Positions 24,820-36,759 of a stretch of DNA of 64,000 nucleotides are shown in pieces. The position numbers and the translations under genes are program-made. Where the stretch lies: positions 191,644,001-191,708,000 of the forward strand of contig NC_058368.1 of assembly GCF_018350175.1 (NCBI RefSeq), read 5' to 3'. Under the pieces are notes generated by a model that saw only the letters and a program-made list of their open reading frames with translations, was not told where the DNA came from and searched no databases. Each line of letters opens with the position of its first letter. Position 1 is the stretch's first letter. Origin of the DNA: Felis catus. Taxonomy: Eukaryota.

Positions 24820-26942
24820 GAAACTTAACAGAAGACCATGGGGGAGGGAAAGGGGGGGGAAAGTTAGAGAGGGTGGGGGACAAACCATAAGAGACTCTTA
24901 AAAACAGAGAACAAACTGAGGGTTGATGGGGGGGTGGGAGGGAGGGGACAGTGGGGGATGGGCATTGAGGAGGGCACCTGTTGAGATGAGCACTGGGTGT
25001 TGTATGGAAACCAATTTGACAATAAATTTCATATTAAAAGAAAAAAAAAGAAAAAAGAAAAAACAAACAAACAAAAAACAACAAAAAAGGAAAACAGCAA
25101 ATACAAAATGGGTACTCTCACTTTTTTTCTTCTTAAAAGCAGGAGATATAACTCCCATGTGAAAGATGCCCTCCCTATACCAGGAAGAAGGAAGACATCA
25201 GTTTAACCAGAGATGGAGAGTGGGGATCAAGAGAAATCTGTACAAACAAACCTTGTTAACCTAATGCTTATCTTCTTAGTTAGTTTTCTGCAATTAAATG
25301 CCCTAGCCCAAACCCCTTTATGTTGTCACTTTTTCACAATTTACTACTTTGTGTCCAACCCAACATGTAAACTCTGGCTTCTAACCGCTTCTTTGGGTCT
25401 TCCTTTTTCTTGTGAAGTCCCTAGTGTACGTGCAAATGTTACTTTTAAAAATTTTGTATGCTTTTCTCCTGTCAGTCCCAGCTACGGACCCTGAATGTAG
25501 AAAAAACTTTACTTCCCTTATGAAATATAGCTGCTGATTCTTCTTCTGTATTCCCAGAATTCCTTTATGGCCAGTCGTACCTCCAACTGAAAGTCTGCTG
25601 CATGCTCTGAGAAAGCCAGCCTTCTAAATAAAATCTCTTGAAATATCTCTTCATTTTTTCATTGTCATGGAATGTTCTAGGTTAACAAAAAACAGAAAAC
25701 CAGCCACATGTCTCACAGTACTGAGGACAGAGGAGGATTGTGGGTAAAAATTTCAAACTAGATTATAACTGGGATTCAGATAAGCCAATGGATAAGGAGC
25801 TCCTGGAAGAGGCCAGCCTGGGAAAAGGGGCAGTGAAGATCCTGAGAGAAAGGAACCCTGAGGAAGCACCTGATAGAGTGACTGTTTGTTACTAGTTTTT
25901 GAGATGCTGAGTCAGGTTCTGCCACAAGAGGAGACCAAGGAAAGATTCAGGAAAAACAAAGTTTACACACTCACAGTTCCTAGGGACAGAAGCCACAGCA
26001 CACCACATGGGGCCATATGGGCTGTAGAGGTGGCCCCTAGGGGTCCTGTACCAGGTCCAGGGATGATAAACACAGAGGAAGATGACCTCCTGGGGTGCAA
26101 GGGCCAGAGAGAGGAAATATGGCTCTGGATTAGTTAGTTTGCATATCAAAGAAGTGTTCCCCACTGGGCCCTTTGCTATCCTAGGAAGATAGTAAATTGG
26201 CCAGCTCACGCAGTATCACTCTCTCCTCCACCAGAAAGATTTTTTTAAATGTCAAAACATCATAATGCAAAGACAGAAAATGCATGCACATGCACATGCA
26301 CATGCACGCACACACATACACATCACACTGGTCAAGACTGAACAGCAGGTCCTCCATCTGAGTCTGGCTGTCGCCAAACTCCAATCCGTTCTTTCTCTGC
26401 TACTTACCTGTGCCCTCACACTGGGCAAGAATTATACAGTATAAATGAAAAAACTAGGTTACTAACAATCCAAAAACTATGCCGCGGGAACTCTCTCTGA
26501 AGGAGTGGTCATATAAAGGGGGGGGGGGAACTTTCCTGTTAGCTGAAGAAGGACAAAAGTAGGTGTACTCTGTGGCCAGAGGAATTAAATTGTTCCCAGG
26601 CAGTGGTGGCCTTAGACCCTGGCCTTAGACCCAGTGTTACAGTAGAAGTTGACAGCGGTGCAGGCAGTGGAAGGACAGAAAAGTAGGCAGCAGAATAAAT
26701 AATGAAGATAAATGAAAAGGAAGAATGTCAGCAGTAGAGCACACTAGGGAACAGGGTATATCTAAAAGTGACACATGGATTCAGATAGACAAGTCTATGG
26801 ATACATAACTACACTTTACTTCATTATGGTTAGGAACAAAAATACATCAGTAGTTACTGTATGTTTTCATTCTCTCTCTCTCTCACTCTCTCTTTCTCCA
26901 AAGGAAAGACACTATTGCCTACAGGGTCAAAATTTGAGTTTC

Positions 26943-28273
26943 AAACTTAACAAAGGAGGTGACACAAGTGTACTCTGAAAACTACAAAACACTGATGAAG
27001 GAAATTGAAGAAGACACAACTGGAAAGATAGTCCACACCCACTGATTGGAAGAACAAAAATTGTTAAAATGTCCATACGACCCAAATCAATCTACACATT
27101 TAATGCAATCCCTATCAAAATCCCAACAGAATTTTTTTGCAGAACTAGAACAAATAATCCTAAAATTTGTATGGAACCACAAAAGACCCCGAATAACCAA
27201 AGCGATCTTGAAAAAGAACAAAACTGGAGGTATTGCAATCCCAGATTACTGCAAACGGCAGTAATCAAAACAACATGGTACTGGCACAAAAATAGATACA
27301 TAGATCAACTGAACAGAGTGGAGAGCCTAGAAATAAACCCATGATTCTATGGTCAATTAATCTTCAACAAAGGAGACAAGGATATGCAGTGGGAAAAAAA
27401 GACAGTCTCTTCAACAAATGGTGCTGGGAAAACTGGACAACTGGACCACTTTCTTACACCATACACAAAAATAGTCTCAAAATGGATTAAGAACCTAAAT
27501 ATGAGACCTGAAACCATAAAAAGCCTGGAAGAGAGCAAGGCAGTAATTTCTCTGACATTGGCCATAGCAACTTTTTTCTAGATATGTCTCTTAAGGCAAG
27601 GGAAACAAAAGCAAAAATAAATATTGGGACTACATGAAAATAAAAAGCTTCTGCACAGTGAAGGAAACAATCAACAAAACTAAAAGACAAACTATTGAAT
27701 GAGAGAAGATATTTGCAAATGATGTATCCAATAAAGGATTTATATCTACAATATATAATGAACTGAAAACAAAAATGAAAACAACTCAACACCCCAAAAC
27801 AAGTAATCCAATTAAAAAATAGGCAGAGGATATGAACAGACATTTCTCCAAAGAAGACATACAGATGGCTGACACACACGTGAAAACATGCTCTGCATCA
27901 CTTATCATCAGAGAAATGCAAATAAAAACTACAGTGAGATACCATCTCACACTGGTCAGAATGCCTAAAATCAAAAACATAAGAAACAAATGTTGTCAAG
28001 GATGTGGGGAAAAAAAAGAACCCTCATGCATTGTTGTTGGAATGCAAATTGATGCAGCCACTCTGAAAAATGGTATGGAGTTTCCTCAAAAAATTAAAAA
28101 TAGAATTATCATATGATCTAGTAATTCCACTACTGGGCATTTATCCAAATAATATGAAAACACTAATTCAAAAACATATATGCATCCTTATGTTTATTGC
28201 AGCATTAGTCACAATAGCCAAATTGTGGAAGCAACCCATGTCCGTCAATAAATAAATGGATAAGAAAGACATG

Positions 28274-28308
<35 letters not shown>

Positions 28309-28692
28309 GGAGTATTACTCAGTCATAACAAAGAATGAAATCTTGTTATTTACAATGATATGAATGGAGCTAGAAGGTATAATGCTAAGTGAAATAGGTT
28401 AGTCAGAGAAAGACAAATACCATATGATTTCACTCATATGTAGAACTTAAAAAACAAAACAAATGAAGAAACAAGGACACAAACCAAAAGCAGACTCTTA
28501 ACTATAGACAACTGATGTTTACCAGAGGGAAGGTGGGTGGGGGGATGGGTGAGATAGGTGATGGAGATTAAAGACTACACTTATCATGATGAGCACTGTG
28601 TAATGTACAGAATTGCTGAATCACTCTATTGTATACCTGAAACTAATATAACACTATATGTTAACTATACTGGAATTAAAATTTAAAAAAAA
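26943..28692 (+). mobile_element. 5'-truncated older carnivore L1 (ORF2 C-terminal part and 3' UTR)
   Basis: Fragmented ORF2 peptides ([36 protein letters not shown]); many stops and frameshifts; ends ttaactatactggaattaaaatttaaaaaaaa; (CA)n at 28277-28305. Confidence 0.95.
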
Positions 28693-29039
28693 GTGAGTCT
28701 TGATGGTTGTGAGGCTCCTGAACAATAAGCAAAAAACAAAATCCAGAGATCCTTAAACAGAAGAGGAAAGGGGAAGAGAAGAGAGAAAAGAGAATGAAAC
28801 ACAATAAAGGAAACCTTTTCAGGTAGATGTTGGTAGAAATTTGGGCAGCCTGGAAGCTGAAAGTAGGATAGAAAAGAGAAAAACATTTTAGGCAGATATT
28901 GCTGACCATGTGGAGAATGAGAGAGGCACCAAAGAAAAGGAAAGATGGTAAAAATATTTTCTATGACTTAGAAATACATATTTAGTATTTTAATATTTTT
29001 ACATACAAAATAAAAGATTTACATTAAAGATGAGAATTA

Positions 29040-29930
29040 TTCTTATTTGCATACTTTATTTCAGATTTGCTATTTCAGTTTAAAAATTTCTTTTGGCTTT
29101 TTCTTATATCGTCTATTTCACTGCTGAGGTTGTCTATGTTTTCATTCATGAATATATTTTCCTTTACCTCATTAATTATAGTTATCATAGTTGCTTTAAA
29201 CTGTCTGCTAATTCTGACATCTGAGACATCTTGGGGTTGGCCTCCATTGATAACAATCAATTCTTCAGAATGGGTCACGTTTCCCTATTCTTCCTGTCAA
29301 GGAATTTTGGATTGTATGCTGGACATTGTGCTGTTATGATGTGGAGGCTACATTCTATTACATTCCTCCAAAAATTGTTGATGTTTTTAGTTTGTTTATT
29401 CTAGGGGACAATTTACTTGGTTGGAATACAACTCCAAACTGTGTCTGTTGGGCTGCAGTGCAAATCTGTTTCGTTAGGGTTAGGGTTAGTTTGCAGTATG
29501 GCAGGGATATGTGCTGTTCAGGGATCAGCCAGAGATCTGGAAAAGATACACAGAATTTTCCCTCTTCCTCCCTTTCTGGTTCTGTCCTTGCGAGGATCCC
29601 CACCTCACTTCTTAATGATTATGGTTGCCATAAACTCTGCCCTCTGTTTCTTCAGGCCAGGAAGGCTATAGGGTTCCTATCACAAGTTTAGATGCTGCAC
29701 ATGGTGCCAACCTTGCCTACACTCAGGCTTAAATTCATATTAACAGGAAATTTATCCTATGCTAGTCCTTTTTTTACAAGTATCTGTTACTCTCTAGAAT
29801 CTGCCAGCTTTTGTTTGTTCTCAGATCCTTAAAGTAGTTGGGTTTTAGATTTTGTCCAGAATTTATAGGTATTATCTGCAGCAGAATACATCTATTAGGA
29901 GCTTACTTTACCATGCTTAAACTTAACTTG
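29040..29930 (-). mobile_element. Old L1M 5' region / ORF1 N-terminal relic
   Basis: ORF 29075..29278(-) FKATMITIINEVKENIFMNENIDNLSSEIDDIRKSQ resembles the L1 ORF1p coiled-coil start; ttttgtccagaatttataggtattatctgc resembles L1M 5' sequence. Confidence 0.7.
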
Positions 29931-30483
29931 ATTTTTAATCATTGGATTCTGTTTCTTTGAATAGGAAACCAAATTCAGCCTAGTCCTCATTGACTGTTTC
30001 TTGTTTTTTTTTTTTTTCCTTAATCTATCAGGTGGCCAAACACATTCTTCAATTTACTGTGGGAGAGAACTTAAACCCAGATTACAACTGAGGTTCCTAA
30101 ATGTTTCTTAAAATGAATTAGATTTTAAATTCATAAAGGAAATATAAACATAATCCCAATTAATGAATTTATTGGTGGAATTTATTAAGAGAAAATAGGA
30201 GCCGTAATATTACTAAAGCACAAAAAAGTGTCATGAACTGTACCAGATCCCTAACAAGGCATTTTATTATATCATTATGTTTATGAACAATAGCTCATTT
30301 TGTCATTGCCCTGCAGCCTACCTCTACAGTTGATGATTGCTAATATAACAACTCTTGTTTTTTTAGACTCAAATTCATAGAACTTATATATCTCTAAATA
30401 CAATGGTTTTCACTACCATTTATATGTGAAAATTTTACTTTTAAGTCTTGAATATTCATACAACATTTTTAACAAAACAATGG

Positions 30484-30867
30484 GTGCCATTTGCAACAAT
30501 GCAGATGGAACTAGAGGGTATTATGCTAAGTGAAATATGTCAGTCAGAGAAAGACAAATGTCATATGATTTCACTCATATGTGGAATTTAAGAAACACAG
30601 CAGATGAACATAGGGGAATGGAAGGAAAAATAAGATAATAACAGAGAGGGAGGCACACCATAAGAGACTTAAATACAGAGAAAAACTGAGGGTTGCTGGA
30701 GCAGAGCTGGGTGAGAGGATGGGCTAAATGAGTGATGGGCATGAAGGAGGGCATTTGTTGGGATGAGCACTGGGTGTTATATGTGAGTGTTGAATCACTG
30801 GGCTCTACTCCTGAAACCAATAGTACAGTGTATGTTAACTAACCTGAATTTAAATGAATAAAAAAAG
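30484..30867 (+). mobile_element. Carnivore L1 3' end
   Basis: gccatttgcaacaatgcagatggaactagagggtattatgctaagtgaaat...ttgttgggatgagcactgggtgtt...gttaactaacctgaatttaaa followed by an A tail. Confidence 0.92.
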
Positions 30868-31498
30868 GAAGTGTAGAGAAAAACTCTCAAGTTACATTCC
30901 AGTTACAAATTGTGGAAAATCAGAATCCCGTTTTTTACTACATGCTGATTATCATCAAAGGGAATGTTGCTAGTGCAAAGAGGCCTCAGACCATTATGTT
31001 CCGTACATAAACTGTTTGCTAACAATCATATTGACAAATTGGTTATCAGGAAGCAATGTTTTAAGCATTTGATATCCTAAATGATAAGTTGTTACATATA
31101 TATATGTGTGTGTACTTAAATTGTGTTTTAGTAAATTAGTTGTAAATTTGGGGTTGATGAATAATGCATTATAAGTTTTCCCATTTAAAATAAAAGTAAA
31201 TATGCTCTTGGTTAGCGTTTTTGTGTAGAACATTAGATTTTTCAAGAGATTACTGATTTCATGCTAAGCCGAAGATGTTTGTAATTAAATTCTTACATGG
31301 GTATGCAAGGGTACTAAATACTACAGGAAAACATTTTCCAATTTTCCAGTGCATTCCACAAAACTTGTGCAAGTTGTTAATAGGTATCCCTATGCCTTTC
31401 CCCATCATTCTTGAAGAAGTCCTAAACTGAGGTGTTAATACAAATGTGAATGTTTCTGACAAAGAGGCTAAGCATTCTGGTTAATAATACAAACTGCT

Positions 31499-31911
31499 GA
31501 GTGCCTGGGTGGCTCAGTCTGTTGAGCAACTGATTCTTCATTTTGGCTCAGGTCATGGGATCTAGTCCCATGTCAGGCTTGTGAAACCTGCTTCAGATTC
31601 CCTGTCTCTCTCTCTCTCTCTGTCTCTCTCTGTCCCTGCCCCCCCCCCCTTTTTTTTAAATTATTTTTATTTTTTTAATGTTTATTTATTCTTGAGAGAG
31701 AGAGAGAGAGTGTGAGCAGGGGAGTGGCAGAGAGAGAGGGAGACATAGAATCCAAAGCAGGCTTCAGGTTCTGAGCTGTTAGCACAGAGCCTGAGGCGGG
31801 CTGGAACTCACAACTCACCTACTGTGAGATCATGACCTGAGCTGAAGTCAGAGGCTTAACCGACTGAGCCAACCAGCACCCCCTCCTCCACTGCTCTTAA
31901 ATAAATAAATA
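31499..31911 (+). mobile_element. CanSINE (outer, older) split by an antisense SINE
   Basis: Head at 31499; tail cccctcctccactgctcttaaataaataaat at about 31880-31911; degenerate TSD aataata(c/t)a(a/g)actgct. Confidence 0.85.
31650..31881 (-). mobile_element. CanSINE nested antisense within the previous SINE
   Basis: T-tail, (GA)n, agaatccaaagcaggcttcaggttctgagctg...ccgactgagccaaccagcaccc. Confidence 0.92.
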
Positions 31912-33326
31912 AAATAATATAGACTGCTTTCTTGAATAGGCTGAAGTCAAGGTTAAAAACTTGATCATTATAGATGCATACCAAGTTGGATAATATATGA
32001 CACACACATACTTGTGCATATACAACTATATTCATGTGCATCTCTGCTGTATATGGACTGCATTTAGCTTGCACAGAGGTTTTGTTAAGGCCCACGCAGT
32101 GTTTTAAAATGTCCTTCCATTCTCCTCTGTCCCAACCTGGTTGATTACATTAAAGTCATCTGCCTAAACCATGTGCCTATTTGAGTTTGGGAACTTAGAT
32201 GTAGGATTTGGAAGCAGAAAGTTGGGTCTGAGAACACTAGCTCAGACTGGGGTGCAGGGAGGGCCTCAGTTTATCTTTTGGCCCTGAAAAATCAGTCAAA
32301 TTCTCCTGCAAATATTTCAGAGCCGTCCCTTTCCCAAACATTTCTGGTCTGTTTTGAAGACGTTCTTCTCTTTTACTATTAGAGTAAAGCATTTTCCAAA
32401 ACAGAATAAAAAACAAACAGAAAGAGATGAAGTTGTAAACTCAAATTGCAAGTGAGCAGGATTTTCAAAAAACAAGCTTCAACGAAAAAAGCAACTAGTT
32501 CTTTTTTGCCTTCCCATGCTTTCCTGGCCCTGTCAAATGTAAACAAACTCCCACAAAGCCTCCTGTTTAGGGATATAAAAAAAAAGAGAGAGAGAGAGAG
32601 AAGAAATCAGCCTTCTCTCGAGGCATCCATTGAAGTATTAGATAATTTATTTTAATAATACCTTCCCATCAGAGTGTTGAGGAGACTTGCAAGTGTGCCC
32701 CAGGGATGCTTGACTCCAGATCACTTCCCCACTCAGCTGCTATGACGTCACATAGGCTCCATTGAAACGCAGGAAGAACCCGTGAGTTATCTGCCTCAGA
32801 GATTTGGACACCAGCTATAGCAAGATCAGTACTGAGGCAGAAAACCTTGACCTGATAACATTTACAATCATTGATTGCAGGATTGGGAGGCAGACTGGTT
32901 AGAGGGCTAGATCCAGGTCATACTGTGAGATGGCCAATTTATTCCTGAAGTCAGTACTAACATGAACTGCATCTGAAGCTAGAGTAATTTGCATCCATTA
33001 TGAAAACGCACATGTAAGTACAGTTAAGTGCCTTCATCCATTACTTCATTTAAATGACCCTGCTAGGCTCCTAATTGCTACATTCTTTCCAATCGAAAAA
33101 CGCCTATAAATACTTGCACACAAAGATGTTCCTCTCTGTGCTCTTTATAAAGGAAAATAACTGAAAACCACCTAATTGTTCAACGTGAGGGAAATGAGTG
33201 TGTTATGATCTATACATATAGTGCAATAAAGTTATGACCCTGAGGTTTTCAGAGTTTTTTGGGTTCGTTTGTTTTCACTGGAAAGTTCTTATGAAATAGT
33301 GATTTTAACAATATAAAATGCATTAG

Positions 33327-33560
33327 GGGAGCCTAGGTGGCTCAGTTGGTTAAACGGCCAACTTCGGCTCAGGTCATGATATCGCTGTTCATGAGTTTGA
33401 GCCTCCCCGCCGGGCTCTGCGCTGACAGCTCAGAGCCTGGAGCCTGCTTCCGATTCCGTGTCTCCCTCTCTCTCTGCCCTTCCCCCGCTCATGCTCTGTC
33501 TCTCTCTGTGTCAAAAATAAATAAATATTTAAAAATTTTTAATAAAATAAGAGAAAATAA
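33327..33560 (+). mobile_element. CanSINE SINEC_Fc-type
   Basis: Full body; degenerate TSD aacaat(at/gc)aaaatgcat. Confidence 0.95.
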
Positions 33561-33710
33561 AAACAATGCAAAATGCATAAAGATGCAATAAAGCCTGCCA
33601 ATGTGCAGAACGCTGTAAGCAAGAAGGGGTCTGGATTTTATTCTAAGTGTAAGTAGAAACCATTTAAGTCTGTTGAGCAGCACAATGATGTGACTGAATT
33701 TGCATTTTTA

Positions 33711-33931
33711 TTTAAAAAAATTTTTTTTCTTAACGTTTTGTTTGTTTTTGAGACAGGGAGAGACAGAGCATGAACAGGGGAGGGTCAGAGAAAGGGAGAC
33801 ACAGAATCTGAAACAGGCTCCAGGCTCCGAGCTTTCAGCACAGAGCCCGACTCGGGGCTCAAACTCACGGACAGAGAGATCATGACCTGAGCCGAAGTCG
33901 GCCGCCTAACCGACTGAGCCACCCAGGCCCC
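33711..33931 (-). mobile_element. CanSINE SINEC_Fc-type
   Basis: Full antisense body; perfect TSD ctgaatttgcattttta at 33694-33710 and 33932-33948. Confidence 0.96.
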
Positions 33932-34622
33932 CTGAATTTGCATTTTTAAAACAATTACTGTTTCCTCTATAGCTCTTTGTTTCTTTCAATTTTTCTGCAG
34001 CAAAGACTAATGTTTTAATTTTTTTAAGTTAAAAACAAAACAGAAGGAAAAATAAACCTGTAGCCCTTGCTTTGCAATCTATTTGACAACCCCCTAGAAC
34101 AAGCCCAAACCAGGAACAAACTTCAAAAGCCAACTTCAGGACCTCTAAAGGAAGGCACTGCAGGGCATCTCAAACATGAGGAGGGCCACGAGCCCCCAAC
34201 GGCCCTTGATCTTTCTGCCACTGTGACACCCTTTGCGCTTCTCTGTATGACGGCTTCGAAAGTGGGAATATATTCGGATTCGAGCTAGCTGGTGCTGGGT
34301 CCGGAGAGAGTAGCTGTTGGGCAGGGACAGTTTTAGCCTGATTCATTACCCAAAGATGGTAAGCCTAAACCAGAGTCTTTCAGGACACAGGGGCCAGTGG
34401 GGAGAGAAAGCGAAGTTGCAAGAACTCACAGAAGGGGCCGGTGGAAGGAAGTACAGGGGAAAAGTACAGGCTGAATTTCCTGCAGACTTGTTTTCCCCAT
34501 CACTCCAAGACCTTGGGCAGGATACGCAACCTCTCTAGCCTGAGTTTCAAAATGGGCGTGATAATAACCACCTCTTAGACCAGTGTGATGATGTAGACAA
34601 TCTTCAAAACATCTCAGGCTGT

Positions 34623-34834
34623 GGGGCGCCTGGGTGGCTCAGTCGGTTGAGCGTCCGACTGCGGCTCAGGTCATGATCTCACGGTTTGTGTGTCCGAGCC
34701 CCACATTGGGTTCTGTGCTGTGAGCTCAGAGCCTGGAGCCTCTTTCAGACTGTGTGTCTCCCTCTCTCTCTGCCCCTCCCTTGCCTGCGCTCTGTCTCAA
34801 AAGTAAATAAACATTAAAAAAAAAATTAAAAAAA
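34623..34834 (+). mobile_element. CanSINE SINEC_Fc-type inside a MIR
   Basis: TSD aaaacatctcagg(c/g)tg at 34606-34621 and 34835-34850. Confidence 0.96.
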
Positions 34835-36231
34835 AAAACATCTCAGGGTGCGCATGATACGTAGGAAGCTGGGGGCTCTGCAGTGTGGTGCAGAAACCAT
34901 AACTGCAGCCCCATTGCCATCTTTGACAATTAAAAAAATAAAAATAAAAATAAACAAATAAATGAATAACTGAGGGCTAGAGTCCTCACTCACTTAATGG
35001 AACTCTCACAATTTCATTCTGCTGTTATGACCTTAAATAAGGAAATGCATTTTCCAAATGATCCCTAAATCTTCAGATCCTGAATCATGAGAAGAACACA
35101 ATTATGTTCCCCAGAATTATGAAGACAGGGAAGCATACTCATACATTTTGGAAGGTTTTTCAACATAAGCTGAAGAGGAAGATTCTATTTAAACTCTCAA
35201 TCAGGAAAGTAAAATAACTAGAATGCTATTCTTAGAGTCATGTAGTTAAGTGAGATTTTACTATATTTAGCATATAAATACAATAGTCAATGTGATACTC
35301 CCTAAACCATCTATGCTAAATTGATCTTTTTCTTTATTTAAGAGTGAGAAGGGGGAAAGGGTTACCTTAGACATGAAAGGGTGAGTTAATCAATTTTCTT
35401 ATCTGATAACATACATATTTCTAAATGATATATGACCCTTCTCTTGTTTTCCCCCCTCTGGCTTTGCTAATTATTTTTCAAATCTTTTCAATAAAATGCA
35501 GTTTTTAATACCCCATCCCCATCCAGCAGATCACACACATCCATGCACCCACGCTCTCCACTAGACAACAAAATTCCCAATCAATATTTAAGTTGTGTGT
35601 CCAAAGTAAGGATGGAGAGATCAGGCTGAAAGCTTAAGTATAAAGAAGCACAAAACTACAGTGGTAACGGAATCTGAATAAAACGTGGTTAAGATACCTA
35701 TTTCAAGCAACACGCTTCTCGGCTGGAGCCTACATTCCAATGAGAGCCCAGCATTCCAGATAACTGAAAAGGAAGGCCTAAGATCTCTGCATATCCTTGG
35801 GGCTGAAGTCATCGTTCCGGAGTGGAAAGAATACATGCCCGAGAACACCTTTTTGGGATTCCCATGCCTGGAGACTTGTCAGATGTCCTACATTTCATGT
35901 TTGCTGGCTACAGAAAGGACGTTTGGGAAACAGAAGCAGCCTCCTGTGACTGTTTGCTCCATATTGTACCAGCCATCTGTTACTGATAGTAACAGGGAAG
36001 TCCTGATTAAGGAGGAAAGCCAAAGAAAACGCCTCAGGTGTGACTCTGGAGACTCTAGTGGCCAGCCCACCTTATGGCAGTGCTGGCTTGTGTCCTCACC
36101 GAGCAATACTCATTTCAGATTTGCTTCAGTCCATTCCATTCAGTTGAGGTGCACGCCCCACAACATATAAGGACAGATGGGATGCAATGTTCTAGTGTCA
36201 AGTGGGTACTGAGGGGTATTAAGGCAGTAGA

Positions 36232-36450
36232 GGGGTGCCTGGGTGGCTCAGTTGGTTAGGCATCTGATTTTGGCTCAGGTCATGTTCTTGCATTCAGTGA
36301 GTTTGAGCCTCGCATTGGGCTCTGTGCTGACAGCTCGGAGCCTGGAGCCTGCTTCGGATTCTGTGTCTCCCTCTCTCTCCGTCCCTCCCCCACTTACGCT
36401 CTGCCTCTCTCAGAAATAAATAATAATTTAAAAGCATTTAAAGAAAAAGA
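36232..36450 (+). mobile_element. CanSINE SINEC_Fc-type
   Basis: ggggtgcctgggtggctcagttggttagg...gagcctggagcctgcttcggattctgtgtctcc followed by an A tail. Confidence 0.95.
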
Positions 36451-36759
36451 AAGGGTGTAGAGAAAACAAAAACATAGTTTTATATTAAATCAAACAATAT
36501 GTGATTGGATAGAATGCAAAAATCTCACGAACTTTTAAGATAAAAACATGTCCCTCTCCTCTGCCATAGGGGCACGGAGTGAGGGCAGGAGTTAAGAAAG
36601 AAATGGTGCCATAAAGCAATGAAGGGTAAGGGGGAAGAGAACTGGGTTGGGACTGAGGATATGTCAATGCTAGTCCCGAATTGGATATCGCCTTGCTGTG
36701 TGACCTGGGACAAATGCCTTACCTTCATTGGAGGGATTATATCACCTTTCCATAAAACT

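Larger units (their letters stand above)
22771..25090 (+). mobile_element. 5'-truncated felid L1 (L1_Fc-like): ORF2 RT C-terminal part, cysteine-rich domain, 3' UTR and poly(A)
   Basis: ORF pieces with [11 protein letters not shown] (RT), [17 protein letters not shown] and the C-terminal CW*GCGEMGTLLHCQWEC knuckle; ORF2 stop at 24817-24819; A-rich tail; TSD aaaacagcaaat(g/a)ca at 22756-22770 and 25091-25105. Confidence 0.97.
22682..25522 (+). mobile_element. MER34-like ERV1 solo LTR split by an L1 (LTR parts 22682-22770 and 25091-25522)
   Basis: Starts tgtagggg...cacccaaaagtatg...actattttgagttgaagg; resumes taaaagcaggagatataa...agagaaatctgtacaaacaaaccttgtt...tttgtatgcttttctcctgt; possible 4-bp TSD aaac/aaat. 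Confidence 0.8.

Noticed and set aside
26281..26320. (TGCACA)n/(CA)n alternating purine-pyrimidine run
   Set aside because: Common microsatellite-type repeat with no evidence of function.
26607..26632. 13-bp tandem duplication tggccttagaccc (similar micro-duplications near 19079 and 19969)
   Set aside because: Ordinary slippage-type micro-duplications.
22771..28692. Two neighbouring L1 blocks covering the same ORF2 region, as a possible segmental duplication
   Set aside because: They differ in 3' UTR, divergence level and truncation point, so they are independent insertions.
29474..29489. ttagggttagggttag telomere-like repeat
   Set aside because: Fewer than three units and inside an L1 relic; not an interstitial telomere.
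35685..36170. 161-aa ORF in largely unique sequence
   Set aside because: Non-ATG start, no recognisable domain, no supporting splice structure; its length is compatible with chance in six frames of 64 kb.
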